A stretch of DNA of 64,000 nt from an uncultured delta proteobacterium (GCA_963737265.1 CAVTRY010000012.1:192001-256000), one strand, 5' to 3'. Positions 16,037-25,746 are shown, numbered from the stretch's first letter. A program made the numbers and translations. Notes: generated by a model not told the origin, from the letters alone.

Positions 16037-17440
16037 GTGCGAGCGGGTGAACGCATGATTCGCGCTCGACTGATCTTCGTTGGTCTAATCGTGGTTTCGG
16101 GTGCCGCCGTGCCTACGCCGGCCGCGGCCCGAATGGTGGTCGATCGCGTCGTGGTTCGCGGTACAGCGAAGGTCACAACGCGGGTGCTGACGACGCGCAT
16201 GCAATTGCATCCAGGAGACACCGTGGATTTTACAGTGCTCAGCGCCGCCGAGCAGCGTTTGGTCGAAAGCGACCTGTTCACCAAGGTTCGTGTCTTTATC
16301 GACCTGCCCACGCCCGAGGCAGTACGCCGCATGTATCTAGACGATACGAGCTACCCTGTCGACGTGGTCGTGGAGGCCGCGGGCAAACAGGCATGGTTCG
16401 TATTTCCCACCGCCAGCTTCGGCAGCGGCGACTGGGCCGGTGGCGCCGTCTACGCAAATCAGAACCTCATCGGCCGCGACGTACAACTGGTCGGCGCCGG
16501 GCAAATAGGCGAGTCATTGAGCTACGTCTTCGCCGGGTATCGGGACCCACTCGTGGTGGGCGTCCCGCTCACCTATTCGCTTAGCGCACTCTACCGACGC
16601 GAGCAGGTCATCTTTTTCGCGAACCACGCCTTGGACATGCAGGTGCCAACGACCGTGGCGGGTGGCGATTGCCAGATCGGCTGGGTACTATCGCCGCACA
16701 CGCGAGCCTTCCTTGGCTTGTCGGCGCGCTACCAGGCAGTCCGTCCTGTCGAAGGGCTGGCGCCCGATGCGGTGCCGTTGCCCTACAATTCTCGCGCCGG
16801 CCGCATTTTCCTCTTGCAGTTCCAGTTCCAGTACGATGACACGCACGCCGAGGAAGGGCTCCGACAAGGTATTCTTGCGCTCATCAAGAACGAGGTGTCG
16901 GACCGCTATTGGCTGTCGGACTTCGATTATTCGAAGTTTGAGTCGCGAGTGGAGCTCTATGGCCGTTACCGGTGGAACTATCCTTCTCTCATGTTGAAAT
17001 CGATCCTCAACTACCCGACCTCGGACCATGGGGTTCCCGTAACGGAGATGCTCCGCATCGGCGGGCCGAGCCTGCGCGGCTACCTCTTCAACGAATTCCA
17101 CGGCGACACCTTGGTCCTCGCGCAGGCCGAGGATCAGGCGGTGGCTCTGCGCCTTCGGCTGCCGTGGACCCAGGTGCGCTTCAACGTGGCGGCGGCACTC
17201 TTCATCGATGCCGCAACCCTCCTCGATCGTCACCCTGGTGGCACCACGGTCCCGACCCTCGACAGTCCTGCCCCCCCAGTGCGCTCCAAGCTCGACGACA
17301 TCCACGCCAGCTTCGGCGGCGGGCTGCGTATTATTCTGCCTGGTGTTGTGATTCCGGCCCTCAAGATCGACGTGGGTTACGGCATCGATGTGCGCGATAT
17401 TGCCGTGACGGCTTCGATCGCGGGCGGCGGGCTTCTGTAG
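16037..17440 (+). CDS. BamA/TamA (Omp85)-like outer membrane protein with one POTRA domain
   Basis: Signal peptide; POTRA-like VVVRGTAKV..LFTKV; NLIGR; IGGPSLRGY; FGGGLRI..KIDVGYG. Confidence 0.8.
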   Translation: MRAGERMIRARLIFVGLIVVSGAAVPTPAAARMVVDRVVVRGTAKVTTRVLTTRMQLHPGDTVDFTVLSAAEQRLVESDLFTKVRVFIDLPTPEAVRRMYLDDTSYPVDVVVEAAGKQAWFVFPTASFGSGDWAGGAVYANQNLIGRDVQLVGAGQIGESLSYVFAGYRDPLVVGVPLTYSLSALYRREQVIFFANHALDMQVPTTVAGGDCQIGWVLSPHTRAFLGLSARYQAVRPVEGLAPDAVPLPYNSRAGRIFLLQFQFQYDDTHAEEGLRQGILALIKNEVSDRYWLSDFDYSKFESRVELYGRYRWNYPSLMLKSILNYPTSDHGVPVTEMLRIGGPSLRGYLFNEFHGDTLVLAQAEDQAVALRLRLPWTQVRFNVAAALFIDAATLLDRHPGGTTVPTLDSPAPPVRSKLDDIHASFGGGLRIILPGVVIPALKIDVGYGIDVRDIAVTASIAGGGLL

Positions 17441-17456
17441 CCGCGGCACGCGCCCC

Positions 17457-17472
17457 TGGCACGGCCGATGCT
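17457..17472 (+). promoter_or_regulatory. Putative sigma54 promoter
   Basis: TGGCACGGCCGATGCT in the gap before the AI-2E gene; no clear paired box. Confidence 0.55.
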
Positions 17473-17486
17473 TAATTGACGCCCAT

Positions 17487-18599
17487 ATGAAGGCTTCACT
17501 CGAGCGATCTGGGAACGTGGCTGAACCATCGGATCCATCAAAGGACATCTCAGATGCAACCCCTGGCGCCCTCCGCTGGGGCGGGATACTCTTTACCGTC
17601 GCTGCCGGGCTCATGATTTGGCCACTGTGGCAGCCCCTCGTCCTGGCGACCTGGTTCGCAATTTTCGCCCGTCCGCTGATGGGCAAGGTCACGCGCGTCA
17701 CTCGCGGCCGGCACCGAGCGGCGGCGGTACTGACGCTACTGCTTCTCCTCCTCGTCCTCGTGCCCCTCGGCCTGTTCGTGGCGGCAATAGTGTCCGCCGC
17801 GACCGAGCTGTTCGCGACGTTGCTCAAATCAAAGGGCGGCAAAGATGCCTTCCAGGCGCTGGTATCCAGTACCGCCGGCGGTCACCACCGATTTGGATTG
17901 AGCGACTTCGTTGGACTGACCAAACAGTACGGCGAGCGAGCGGTTGGTCTCGCGGCAAGCATCGCCGGGGCCACCGTCACCGGAATCCTTGGCGTCTTCG
18001 TCTTCGTGCTCGCGGCCTACACCTTCCTCGCCGAGGGGAGAAAGGCATACGCCTGGGTCGAGGACCACCTGCCCATCGCCCCGCGGCACTTTCGCCGTTA
18101 CGGCATCGCCTTCGCCGAAACCGGCCGCGGTCTCGCGGTGGGCGTCGGCCTTACCAGCGTCGTTCAGGGTGTCAGCGCGACGGTGGCCTACTTGGCGCTC
18201 GGCATCCCGCGGGCCTTCGTACTCGGCGTCCTCACCGCCTTCGCTTCGCTCATCCCATCGGTGGGAACGGCGCTTGTATGGATCCCGGTGGCCGTGGGTC
18301 TGGCAATCACAGACCGCTGGGGCCACGCCGCCATCATGACCGCCGTCGGTGTGTTAGTCATCAGCCTCGCCGACAACCTCTTACGCCCGCTGCTATCGCG
18401 CCACGGCAGCGTTCAGCTCCCCACGTTCGTCTTACTCGTGGCCATGTTCGGTGGCCTAGCGACCGTGGGCGCCTGGGGCCTTATCCTAGGCCCCTTGCTC
18501 GTACGACTGGCGGTGGAGGCCGTGTCCATCGAACGCGACAATCGGGTGGCGCTTGCGAAAGCGGCTTGCCCCCCGCCCGACCCCGGACCAGGCACCTGA
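17487..18599 (+). CDS. AI-2E family transporter
   Basis: Multiple TM helices; IPSVGTALVWIP, DNLLRP, GLILGP motifs; start may be GTG 17517. Confidence 0.9.
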   Translation: MKASLERSGNVAEPSDPSKDISDATPGALRWGGILFTVAAGLMIWPLWQPLVLATWFAIFARPLMGKVTRVTRGRHRAAAVLTLLLLLLVLVPLGLFVAAIVSAATELFATLLKSKGGKDAFQALVSSTAGGHHRFGLSDFVGLTKQYGERAVGLAASIAGATVTGILGVFVFVLAAYTFLAEGRKAYAWVEDHLPIAPRHFRRYGIAFAETGRGLAVGVGLTSVVQGVSATVAYLALGIPRAFVLGVLTAFASLIPSVGTALVWIPVAVGLAITDRWGHAAIMTAVGVLVISLADNLLRPLLSRHGSVQLPTFVLLVAMFGGLATVGAWGLILGPLLVRLAVEAVSIERDNRVALAKAACPPPDPGPGT

Positions 18600-18616
18600 A
18601 CACGACGGGACACCGC

Positions 18617-18729
18617 TCGAATTGAAAGGCATGGCACTTCATTTTGATTGAGTCGTCCAGGATTTAGACACGCTTCCATCGGCAAGTGCCTGAAACTATT
18701 CGCGTCCCGTTGGTGGCGCGAAAGCTGCT
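18617..18729 (+). promoter_or_regulatory. Sigma54 promoter (18714-18729) with paired upstream boxes
   Basis: TGGCGCGAAAGCTGCT; boxes TCGAATTGA 18617 and TCATTTTGA 18639. Confidence 0.7.
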
Positions 18730-18761
18730 GTAGCTGTGTTCGAATCTTTAATGTGACACAT

Positions 18762-19376
18762 ATGAAATTCGCGGTCCCGACGGCGGCATTGATCATTCTT
18801 CTTGGTACCACCGCTTCCTCCTACGCGCGGCAAGAAGGGAGACAGGAAGCGGGACAGGGCGAACATCAGCAGCAGGGCCGGCCAGCGCAGCAGCAGAGCC
18901 GGCCAGCGCAGCAGCAACAAAGGCCAACGCAGCAGCAACAAAGGCCAGCCCAGCAGCAACAAAGGCCACAACCGCAGCAGCGGCAAGCCAGGCCCGAAGC
19001 GCGGCAACAAGCGCCACGGGCCATTCCGGCACAACAACATGCAGAGCAGGCCCGTTTTCGGCAGCCGCAGGGAGGCCCAGCCAATCGTGGGCAACAGTCG
19101 CGGCCCATGGATGGACGCAGAAATGGCCATGAACACGGTCGTATTTCCAACGACCATTACGCCGCCCGATTTGGCCGAGAACACAGCTTTCACGTTCATC
19201 GAGGCGACTACGATCATCGGCGCTTTCGCTATGGCGGCTACACCTTTGGCTTCGTCGAACCCTGGCCAATCGGTTGGGGCTATTCGGACGACGTTTACGT
19301 CGAATACGACGATGGCGGCTATTACATGTACAACCGTTTTCACCCCGGTATGCGCATCTCAATCGACATGCTTTAA
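18762..19376 (+). CDS. Secreted Gln/Arg-rich low-complexity protein
   Basis: Signal peptide MKFAVPTAALIILLG..SYA; RPAQQQQ repeats; aromatic-rich C-terminal domain. Confidence 0.75.
   Translation: MKFAVPTAALIILLGTTASSYARQEGRQEAGQGEHQQQGRPAQQQSRPAQQQQRPTQQQQRPAQQQQRPQPQQRQARPEARQQAPRAIPAQQHAEQARFRQPQGGPANRGQQSRPMDGRRNGHEHGRISNDHYAARFGREHSFHVHRGDYDHRRFRYGGYTFGFVEPWPIGWGYSDDVYVEYDDGGYYMYNRFHPGMRISIDML
18880..18984 (+). repeat. Five 21-bp tandem repeats encoding RP(A/T)QQQQ
   Basis: ggcca(g/a)c(g/c)cagcagcaacaaa-type units at 18880, 18901, 18922, 18943 and 18964 (first and last degenerate). Confidence 0.9.
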
Positions 19377-19386
19377 TAGAGTAGCA

Positions 19387-20160
19387 ATGATCGGGTCCAA
19401 GTCGGATGCACTAACAGGATGCGACCTGCTGCATGGCTTGGTCTTCGGGGCGAAAACCAACCTGGAGATTCTGGACCTTTTGGACGCCACGTTGGCCGCC
19501 TCGAATGACTTCCAGCAGGCGGCTTTTGAGCTGACGGGTTTGACCGTACCCGAGGAAGCCGCCCGCGTCACGCTCGAGTCTCTCGCCGCACATCATCGGA
19601 ATCTCTGTGGGAGCCTGAAGATGCCAATCGGAATCCGCACCGCTGCGCTGGACTTGGCCGACCGCCTCGAAAGCTCTCTGCGTGAACAGGGGGTCGTGCG
19701 GGAACGCTCCCGCGAAGACATGGTTCAGATGGCCTTTGTCGACTATCTGACCGGATTGCCCAATTTCCGCAGCCTTTCTGAACGTTTTGCAAACGAGATC
19801 AAGCGGGCCACGCGCTACGGCCGTCTGCTATCCCTGATTATGTTCGATTTGGACGGCTTCAAGGAGATCAATGACCGTTTCGGCCATCTCGTGGGCAACG
19901 CGGCGCTAAAGCACGTGGCCGGTCTACTGCGCGACTTCGTGAGGGAAACCGACCTAGCCGGGCGTTACGGCGGCGACGAATTCATGATCCTCTTGCCCGA
20001 GACCCCCAAACACGTTGCAGAGGGCCTGGCGGTGAAGATTCGGGCCTTGGTCTCTGCGTCGCCTTTGCGTTGGGAGGAATACGACCCAATTCCCTTGACA
20101 ATTAGGTGTTGTTGGTTCCCCGTCACAGCAGGAAACGTGCCGCGCCCATCCGCGCCGTGA
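19387..20160 (+). pseudogene. GGDEF diguanylate cyclase, probably truncated
   Basis: DYLTGLPN, DLDGFKEINDRFGHLVG, RETD I-site and GGDEF; similarity ends at PLTI (~20103), lacking the SIG..AD.ALY tail. Confidence 0.7.
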
Positions 20161-20312
20161 GACAGCCGGTATTCGGCCAACGATGGTTGCAGCACAGCGC
20201 GCTCGCTCGTTAATCTAACTGGCAGGGCGCTGGCCCGCATCGCCGCGGTGACGCTCAACTCCAATACCATCGTCAAGCCTTTGCCCTGAGAAGTTGCCAG
20301 GAAGATTCCATT

Positions 20313-20527
20313 GGCGCAGCCGCGCTGGCCATGGTTCTTGAGTTCTGGGGACTGCCAATCACCCGCGACAACATTGAAGTCGCCGCGCCGCCCGCGGGAG
20401 GCATCAGAGCGGATGCACTGCGCGACATTGCCCGCCGCCGCGGCATGCAGGCGTTCCTTATCCAGGGCCAACTCGACGATCTTCAACGGGAGCTTCACTT
20501 GCGTCGCCCCGTTCTGGTCGGCCTGAA
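20313..20527 (+). pseudogene. Fragment of a C39-like peptidase
   Basis: GAAALAMVLEFWG..LQRELHLRRPVLVGL; the catalytic Cys and the His region are missing. Confidence 0.55.
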
Positions 20528-20680
20528 CAGGACCGCCAAACCAGAACGATCTCGATGCCCCAGTGGGCCGTCTCGTCGCGCATGGTCATCTGCAGATCCG
20601 TGTTGATCTTTCCCCGTTCGCTGTTGGCGGATTTCAGCGTCAGCTCGAGTTGACCGGCACGGCCGAGCGCGCTGGGTCCA

Positions 20681-20790
20681 TCGAATTGAATGAAAGGTAC
20701 TTCATCTTGATTGAAGAATGTGAGGCACGGGAGCCGCCGTGGATGCAAGTGTTTGAACTCACGCGTATAGCTGCTGGCCCGAATGCTGCA
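20681..20790 (+). promoter_or_regulatory. Sigma54 promoter (20775-20790) with paired upstream boxes
   Basis: TGGCCCGAATGCTGCA; boxes TCGAATTGA 20681 and TCATCTTGA 20702. Confidence 0.72.
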
Positions 20791-20891
20791 GCAGCCGACC
20801 CTCAAGACGAACGAGGACCGGGTCGAATTGACCGGCGGCATGAACGCGATTAACCGGATTTGCAGTTCCAACAACGAAAGGGAGAATTCCA

Positions 20892-21182
20892 ATGGAGTCA
20901 ACAGGACAAGAGGTAGGAAAGATCGAAACACGCCTGCGACAGCTGGGCGCGAAGCTCGATAGGTTGGTGGCCAAGGCTGAGGAAGCGGGCAGCGAGGCCA
21001 AGGTCGACTATCGCAAGAGTATCGACCACGTCAAGGACAAGCACGCCATCGTGCAGGGTAAGCTTGATGCCTACAAGGCCGCCAACGGGCAGAAGTGGGA
21101 CCATTTCAAGGGCGGGGTCGAGACCGCCTGGCACGACCTCGAGGACGCCTTCAAGGCCATAAGCAATAGCGACTCGCCCTGA
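20892..21182 (+). CDS. Small coiled-coil stress-response-type protein
   Basis: GGAGA RBS; helical protein ending W..FK.GVE.AW.DL..AF. Confidence 0.75.
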   Translation: MESTGQEVGKIETRLRQLGAKLDRLVAKAEEAGSEAKVDYRKSIDHVKDKHAIVQGKLDAYKAANGQKWDHFKGGVETAWHDLEDAFKAISNSDSP

Positions 21183-21202
21183 GGCTGCCGTGGCGAGACG
21201 AG

Positions 21203-21388
21203 ATGATGGCGCATCCTCACAGCGACGCGGTGCCGCGCATCCGCGTCCTGGCCGCCGTGATTGAGCGGCAAGGGCGATACCTCATTACGCAGCGAAGCTC
21301 GGCGGCTGTGCTCGCCGGTTTGTGGGAGTTCCCCAACTGCAAGGTCGAGATGGCGGCAAGAGCCAGCCAGGGTCAGCGGCCGTCGTGA
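21203..21388 (+). pseudogene. NUDIX (MutT-like) N-terminal fragment
   Basis: IRVLAAVIERQGRYLITQR..LAGLWEFPNCKVE; the REXXEE half of the Nudix box is absent. Confidence 0.65.
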
Positions 21389-21472
21389 TGGTCATCGTCG
21401 CGACCGTGGTCGCGTCCGCGCTCGTCGTGAGCTCCATGCCCCTCTTGCCGATAGTGGCCGTCGTCCCGTCTG

Positions 21473-22018
21473 TTAGAAATACGCTCGCACGCCCAGGCCC
21501 ACGTCGATGGTGAAGTCGAGCGGCGGCACGATGACGATTGCGGGCGCAATTTCGAGATAGGCTTCAAGGAAGTCGGGGCGTCGGAAGGTAACAGCAATCC
21601 CGAGCGGGACACGGGCGAGAATCACGACGTCATGGCCGAGGTTGTTCGATCCGTAGGCCGTCGTGATCAATCGGCCGCCAAAACCCGCGTACCAATCGAG
21701 ACGGTTCGTCCGGTTGAGGATGTTCTCTTCGTACAGGTAGTCGGCGTGAAAACTGAAGTCGTGATTGACGTCCCCGCAACGGTACGAGTGGCCATTAGCA
21801 TCCGTGCACCAGTCGTAACCCCAGCCGCCGAACCCGAGCCCAAAGTCGAAGGCGTGTGCCCCCCCGACAAAGATCTTTGCCGTGAGGGCTGTCGGCTCGC
21901 CGATCTGGAAGCCGATCCCCACCGTGCGGGTGGTGCCAACCTCGGTTGCCCGCGCACGACTTGCGTTAACGAAGACGATTGCGACAGCCGACAACGCGAC
22001 GAAAGCAAGACGCTTCAT
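21473..22018 (-). CDS. Small outer-membrane beta-barrel protein
   Basis: Signal peptide; GIGFQIGEPTALTAK; C-terminal GLGVRAYF. Confidence 0.75.
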   Translation of the reverse strand: MKRLAFVALSAVAIVFVNASRARATEVGTTRTVGIGFQIGEPTALTAKIFVGGAHAFDFGLGFGGWGYDWCTDANGHSYRCGDVNHDFSFHADYLYEENILNRTNRLDWYAGFGGRLITTAYGSNNLGHDVVILARVPLGIAVTFRRPDFLEAYLEIAPAIVIVPPLDFTIDVGLGVRAYF

Positions 22019-22145
22019 TGGCGAAATTCCAAAACATTCTTTGACTCGACCTGCAAGCTCCGGTGGCGATCTTCGATTCATCCTTGACTCCGAATAGATT
22101 GGTTGGGTGGAGAACATCCATTCCTGTTCCTCCGCAGTTGGCTAC

Positions 22146-22257
22146 AGCACCTTTCGAGCCACCTATGAGAGTAAATGGTTTCAATGAGTTACGCTGCACA
22201 GGCGTCTCGGAAGCCCGTCCATTCCGCCAGAACGACGTTGCATCTCCATCAATTTGA
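22146..22257 (-). promoter_or_regulatory. Sigma54 promoter (22146-22161) with upstream boxes
   Basis: Minus-strand TGGCTCGAAAGGTGCT; boxes TCAAATTGA (22249-22257) and weak TCGTTCTGG (22227-22235). Confidence 0.62.
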
Positions 22258-22369
22258 AGTGTCAATCCAGATCGACGTTCGACGCTGTGCCGTCACAGGG
22301 CGCGCCGTCAATTTGGTTGGGGCCGTTCGTTCGCTTCGAATGACTTTGACGCCGCGAGCCCTGCTTGGA

Positions 22370-22978
22370 TCACAGGGGCTTCGGGGAAGTCTCCAACAGC
22401 TGAGGCGCCACGGCCGGGACGTCCTTCGGCAGGTCGCTTCGCCACGCCAAGACCGCCGCGATCATGTCGATGAGACCCATGGTCAGGAACAGGGTCTTGA
22501 AGGAAAAGTAGGCCACCACGACCCCGCCGACGAGCGCCGCCGCGCCCGCGACCAGGTGGGTTCCGCCGGCCCATATCGACCAGTGCTTGGCCGACGATTC
22601 CTCGATGTCGTCGGTGAAGAGAGCATCCCAGGCTGGCTCGATGAGGCCGGTTGCCAGCCCAGCGACCACCTGCGCCGCGAAGAGCTGCCAACGGTTTTGC
22701 ACCAAAATATACGACACGTCGCAACAGGCGGACACGAAAAAGCCAAGCACCAGGAATGACTTGACGTGCCGTTGGAAATACGGCCGCGTTCCCACCAGAC
22801 TGATGAATGCGCCGGTAGCCATGGAGAAGGTGGCAAAGGCGATACCGGCATCTAGGATGCTGCCTCCCACGCTCTCGGTGAAGGCAGCGTACATCGGCAC
22901 CAACATCGACTCGGCGAAGGTGGTGAGAAAGCTGATGCTGACGAGCAGCCGCCGTCGCCGAGAGAGGAATTTCAGCAT
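22370..22978 (-). CDS. Half-size (about 6 TM) MFS-like membrane protein
   Basis: 202 aa; about six hydrophobic segments; GGSILDAG and GLIEPAWDAL resemble an MFS N-half. Confidence 0.65.
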   Translation of the reverse strand: MLKFLSRRRRLLVSISFLTTFAESMLVPMYAAFTESVGGSILDAGIAFATFSMATGAFISLVGTRPYFQRHVKSFLVLGFFVSACCDVSYILVQNRWQLFAAQVVAGLATGLIEPAWDALFTDDIEESSAKHWSIWAGGTHLVAGAAALVGGVVVAYFSFKTLFLTMGLIDMIAAVLAWRSDLPKDVPAVAPQLLETSPKPL

Positions 22979-23104
22979 CGGATGACCCCAAGCAGGATGA
23001 GTGTCATGGGTGGTATGCGTCCGGTTTCCAGCATTTCGTATCCGGAGCGATTGTAATCGATTCCGATGGGTTTCGCCGAGAGAAAGGAACCCGTTCGAGT
23101 GAGT

Positions 23105-23120
23105 TGGCACGAACGTCGCA
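23105..23120 (+). promoter_or_regulatory. Putative sigma54 promoter ahead of decayed sequence
   Basis: TGGCACGAACGTCGCA. Confidence 0.55.
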
Positions 23121-23279
23121 TCTTGACGGCCGAAGACCTTGCTAAACCCGGTCGATAGTGTCCTGGCGCCGCCTCGCACGGCGGTTTCCTCGCGGGCGAA
23201 CGCCCGGCCCGTGACACCGGAAAGCGACCGCCGGCCGCCGCGTCGCCGGGGCTCCTGCTGTTTCTCGCCTCACGCAATC

Positions 23280-23816
23280 GTGCAGCAAAGGACCACGCTA
23301 CTGGTGGCAACGCACGATGCACGGGTCGCGGGCTGCATGCATCGGATTGTCCGCATGGAGGACGGCCGACTTCTTTTTCCGGGCGCGGCCGTTGCCCACG
23401 GCGGAGATCCGATCGATCGCCTCAATCCCATCGAATTGAACGACATCGAAGGAAGCGCCGTTGCGACCGACTGTCCACTAGATCGCATCGGCGAGATCAT
23501 GACCAACGCAGGCGTATCGCGGCTGCTGGTGCTCGATGACGAAGGACATCTCGATGGTCTCGTCAGCGTGGCCGATCTCCTGGTCCACTCTCCTGGGCAT
23601 CGCGCCCTTGAAACCGCTCGTGGTATCTACGCCAGAGAGACGAGTGATCGTTCGCCCGGCCACCCACACCTTGCCACCCAGCCAACCCCAGAGTTCTTCC
23701 ATGGCGCTCACGATTTCGCTCCCGACGACAACCTGGTCGAGGAAAATCCCGCTCGCCGCGAAGCGAACAGCGTGGTCCACGGCGGCACAAACGAGTTGAA
23801 GGAGTTTCCCGCCTAG
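23280..23816 (+). pseudogene. Chimeric remnant: ABC ATPase C-terminal tail joined to a CBS-domain fragment
   Basis: TTLLVATHDARVA..RIVRMEDGRL (ABC H-loop tail) followed by MTNAGVSRLLVLDDEGHLDGLVSVADL (CBS). Confidence 0.55.
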
Positions 23817-24550
23817 AAAGCGGCCTCAATCGGTGTCTTGGGCGCCTTCGCTCCCGCAGCAAGAATGGTCTTACGGCTGTACGCTAGCAGCTCGCCAATG
23901 CGCTCGATTCGCACGTCCGCGCTTGGGTACTTCGCCAAAATCTGGGCGTCCAAGGCATAATGTCCCTGCCGCGCGAAAACGGTCGTGACCCTCGCGCCCC
24001 AAATGCGCTTGATAGCGGTAAGTATCCGTAGCTTGTCGTCCACGACAACATAGTGTGCCGCCGGGTATCGCGCCTCCACATCGGCCAGCTCGCGCTCCTT
24101 GTGAACGTAGATCAAAGTCCGGCCGCGCACGGCCTGGGAGAGTCCAGCGCGATCTACCTTGTGAGGCTGGAAGACCACATCGCCATCCGTCAGCAAAACC
24201 GTCGTGCCCCAGCGCCGGACGTGCCTGAGCACCTCTAGAGATCCAGGATAGAGTCGGTCGGCAAAGGGATAGTCGAGAAGAAAGCGTGAGATTGCCAGGA
24301 TCCCCATGTCACGGGGATACTCGCGCCTAAAGCGCTGCAATGCGCCAAGATAGTCGACGTACCCCAGGCGGGTGCGCAACCGCTCAAAGATGATCCAATA
24401 CGAGCGCGCGCGCTTTGGGCCGACCTCGCGCTTGAGATAGTTGCCGAGATCCGCGATGACGCGGTCGTTATCTAACAACGTGTTGTCGACATCGAACAAA
24501 AGCACGACATTGTCTCGGCCTGCCACACTCCTAATTGTGGACCTCTCCAT
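23813..24550 (-). CDS. HAD family hydrolase
   Basis: FDVDNTL motif I, LTDGD, VVDDK. Confidence 0.88.
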   Translation of the reverse strand: MERSTIRSVAGRDNVVLLFDVDNTLLDNDRVIADLGNYLKREVGPKRARSYWIIFERLRTRLGYVDYLGALQRFRREYPRDMGILAISRFLLDYPFADRLYPGSLEVLRHVRRWGTTVLLTDGDVVFQPHKVDRAGLSQAVRGRTLIYVHKERELADVEARYPAAHYVVVDDKLRILTAIKRIWGARVTTVFARQGHYALDAQILAKYPSADVRIERIGELLAYSRKTILAAGAKAPKTPIEAAF

Positions 24551-24691
24551 GTTGGCGCTCCGCTACTGCTTGTCACATGGTTGAGCCCAACGCCAACTGC
24601 GAATCTCCGGCATGTCCTGGCCACACCTGTCGACGTATTGCCAGCCTACCAGCCTAACACAGGCGATCCCGCGGTCCCCGTGCGACGTCTA

Positions 24692-24882
24692 CGCAACGGC
24701 TGTGCCAGTCTCCGCGCCTCGTTACCTGCGCGCTCCGGCCGGCAACTTCGAGAAATCCAATCAATATGAATGCTCGCTCCGTCGATCTGAAGGAGGTATT
24801 CGCCACCTCCCACCCCTTTCGCGAGCAAACACGCCATGAAAACCGGCAATCCCTGTTTCGTGCGACCGGCACGAAACATGCT
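24692..24882. promoter_or_regulatory. Divergent sigma54 promoters sharing one box pair
   Basis: Minus TGGCACAGCCGTTGCG (24692-24707); plus CGGCACGAAACATGCT (24867-24882); boxes TCAATATGA 24761 and TCGATCTGA 24782. Confidence 0.68.
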
Positions 24883-25006
24883 TTTCTCGCACCCGATACG
24901 GAGAATTCATGAAGAGGCACCTTCGCGATCCCGCGCCCTTCCGCGAATTGGCCGCGGCGAGCTGGTTTCCTAACGCGAAATCGCGCCCGGCCATGAGAGC
25001 CAGTCC

Positions 25007-25720
25007 ATGATTACAGTTCGCCGGGCCAAGGATCGGCGCCACGTCAAACGCGACGATCAGGACCTGTGGTTAACCTTCGATGCCGAGGATCCACAAGATC
25101 CGTTCGCGCACGGGTTCGGGGCTCTGGAAATCCTGAGCGAGACCCAGCTACCTCCCGATGCGATCGTTCCGCTACATCCCCGCGACGACGCGGAGATCAT
25201 TACCTACGTCGCCGAAGGCGCGCTTAGCTATGAAAACGCGATCAATGGGGCGGGAGTCATCGAGGCGGGCGAGTTCCAACGCGTGACCGCCGGACGAAAG
25301 GCGGGGCACAGCGAAGCCAGCCGGCCGCGCACCGGTGGAGCTCACATCTTCCAGCTTTGGCTGCGCCCGGCGGAAAGCCAACTCGAGCCCGGCCACGAGA
25401 AACGGCGGTTTTCGGCGGCACAGCGCCGCGGCTTCCTCTGCCTCATCGCTTCGCCGGACGGCCGACACGGGACGCTGCACGTTCACCAGGACGCGTTTCT
25501 TTACGCCGCCGCGGTCGACAGGGGCTACCACCTGGTTCACGAGCTTGCGCCCGGACGAAGCGCTTGGCTGCACATCGTGCGCGGTTCGGTGGATTGCGGC
25601 GGCGTCAGACTTGGCGGTGGCGATGGCGCCGCGATCACCGCGGTGCACACGGTTTCGTTTACGGCACAGGAGGAGACCGAGATCCTGCTTCTCGATCTCC
25701 GGGACAAGACGGCGGCGTAG
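25007..25720 (+). CDS. Pirin family bicupin (YhhW/YhaK-like) with degenerate metal site
   Basis: GFGAL, EIITYV.EG, Q..TAG, HSE, QLW, SPDG, HQDA, W.H..RG; first His cluster reads HPRDDAE. Confidence 0.85.
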   Translation: MITVRRAKDRRHVKRDDQDLWLTFDAEDPQDPFAHGFGALEILSETQLPPDAIVPLHPRDDAEIITYVAEGALSYENAINGAGVIEAGEFQRVTAGRKAGHSEASRPRTGGAHIFQLWLRPAESQLEPGHEKRRFSAAQRRGFLCLIASPDGRHGTLHVHQDAFLYAAAVDRGYHLVHELAPGRSAWLHIVRGSVDCGGVRLGGGDGAAITAVHTVSFTAQEETEILLLDLRDKTAA

Positions 25721-25746
25721 CGGCTCCGCTTGCGTAGGCTGACGGA

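Noticed and set aside
18880-18984. Possible CRISPR array
   Set aside because: The repeats are contiguous and in-frame coding, have no spacers, and no cas genes are present
18802-19386. Apparent long N-terminus of the GGDEF ORF
   Set aside because: It is the alternative frame of the Gln-rich gene
20563-20853. 96-aa ORF
   Set aside because: It coincides with the paired boxes and sigma54 promoter of the 20892 gene, so it is better explained as regulatory DNA
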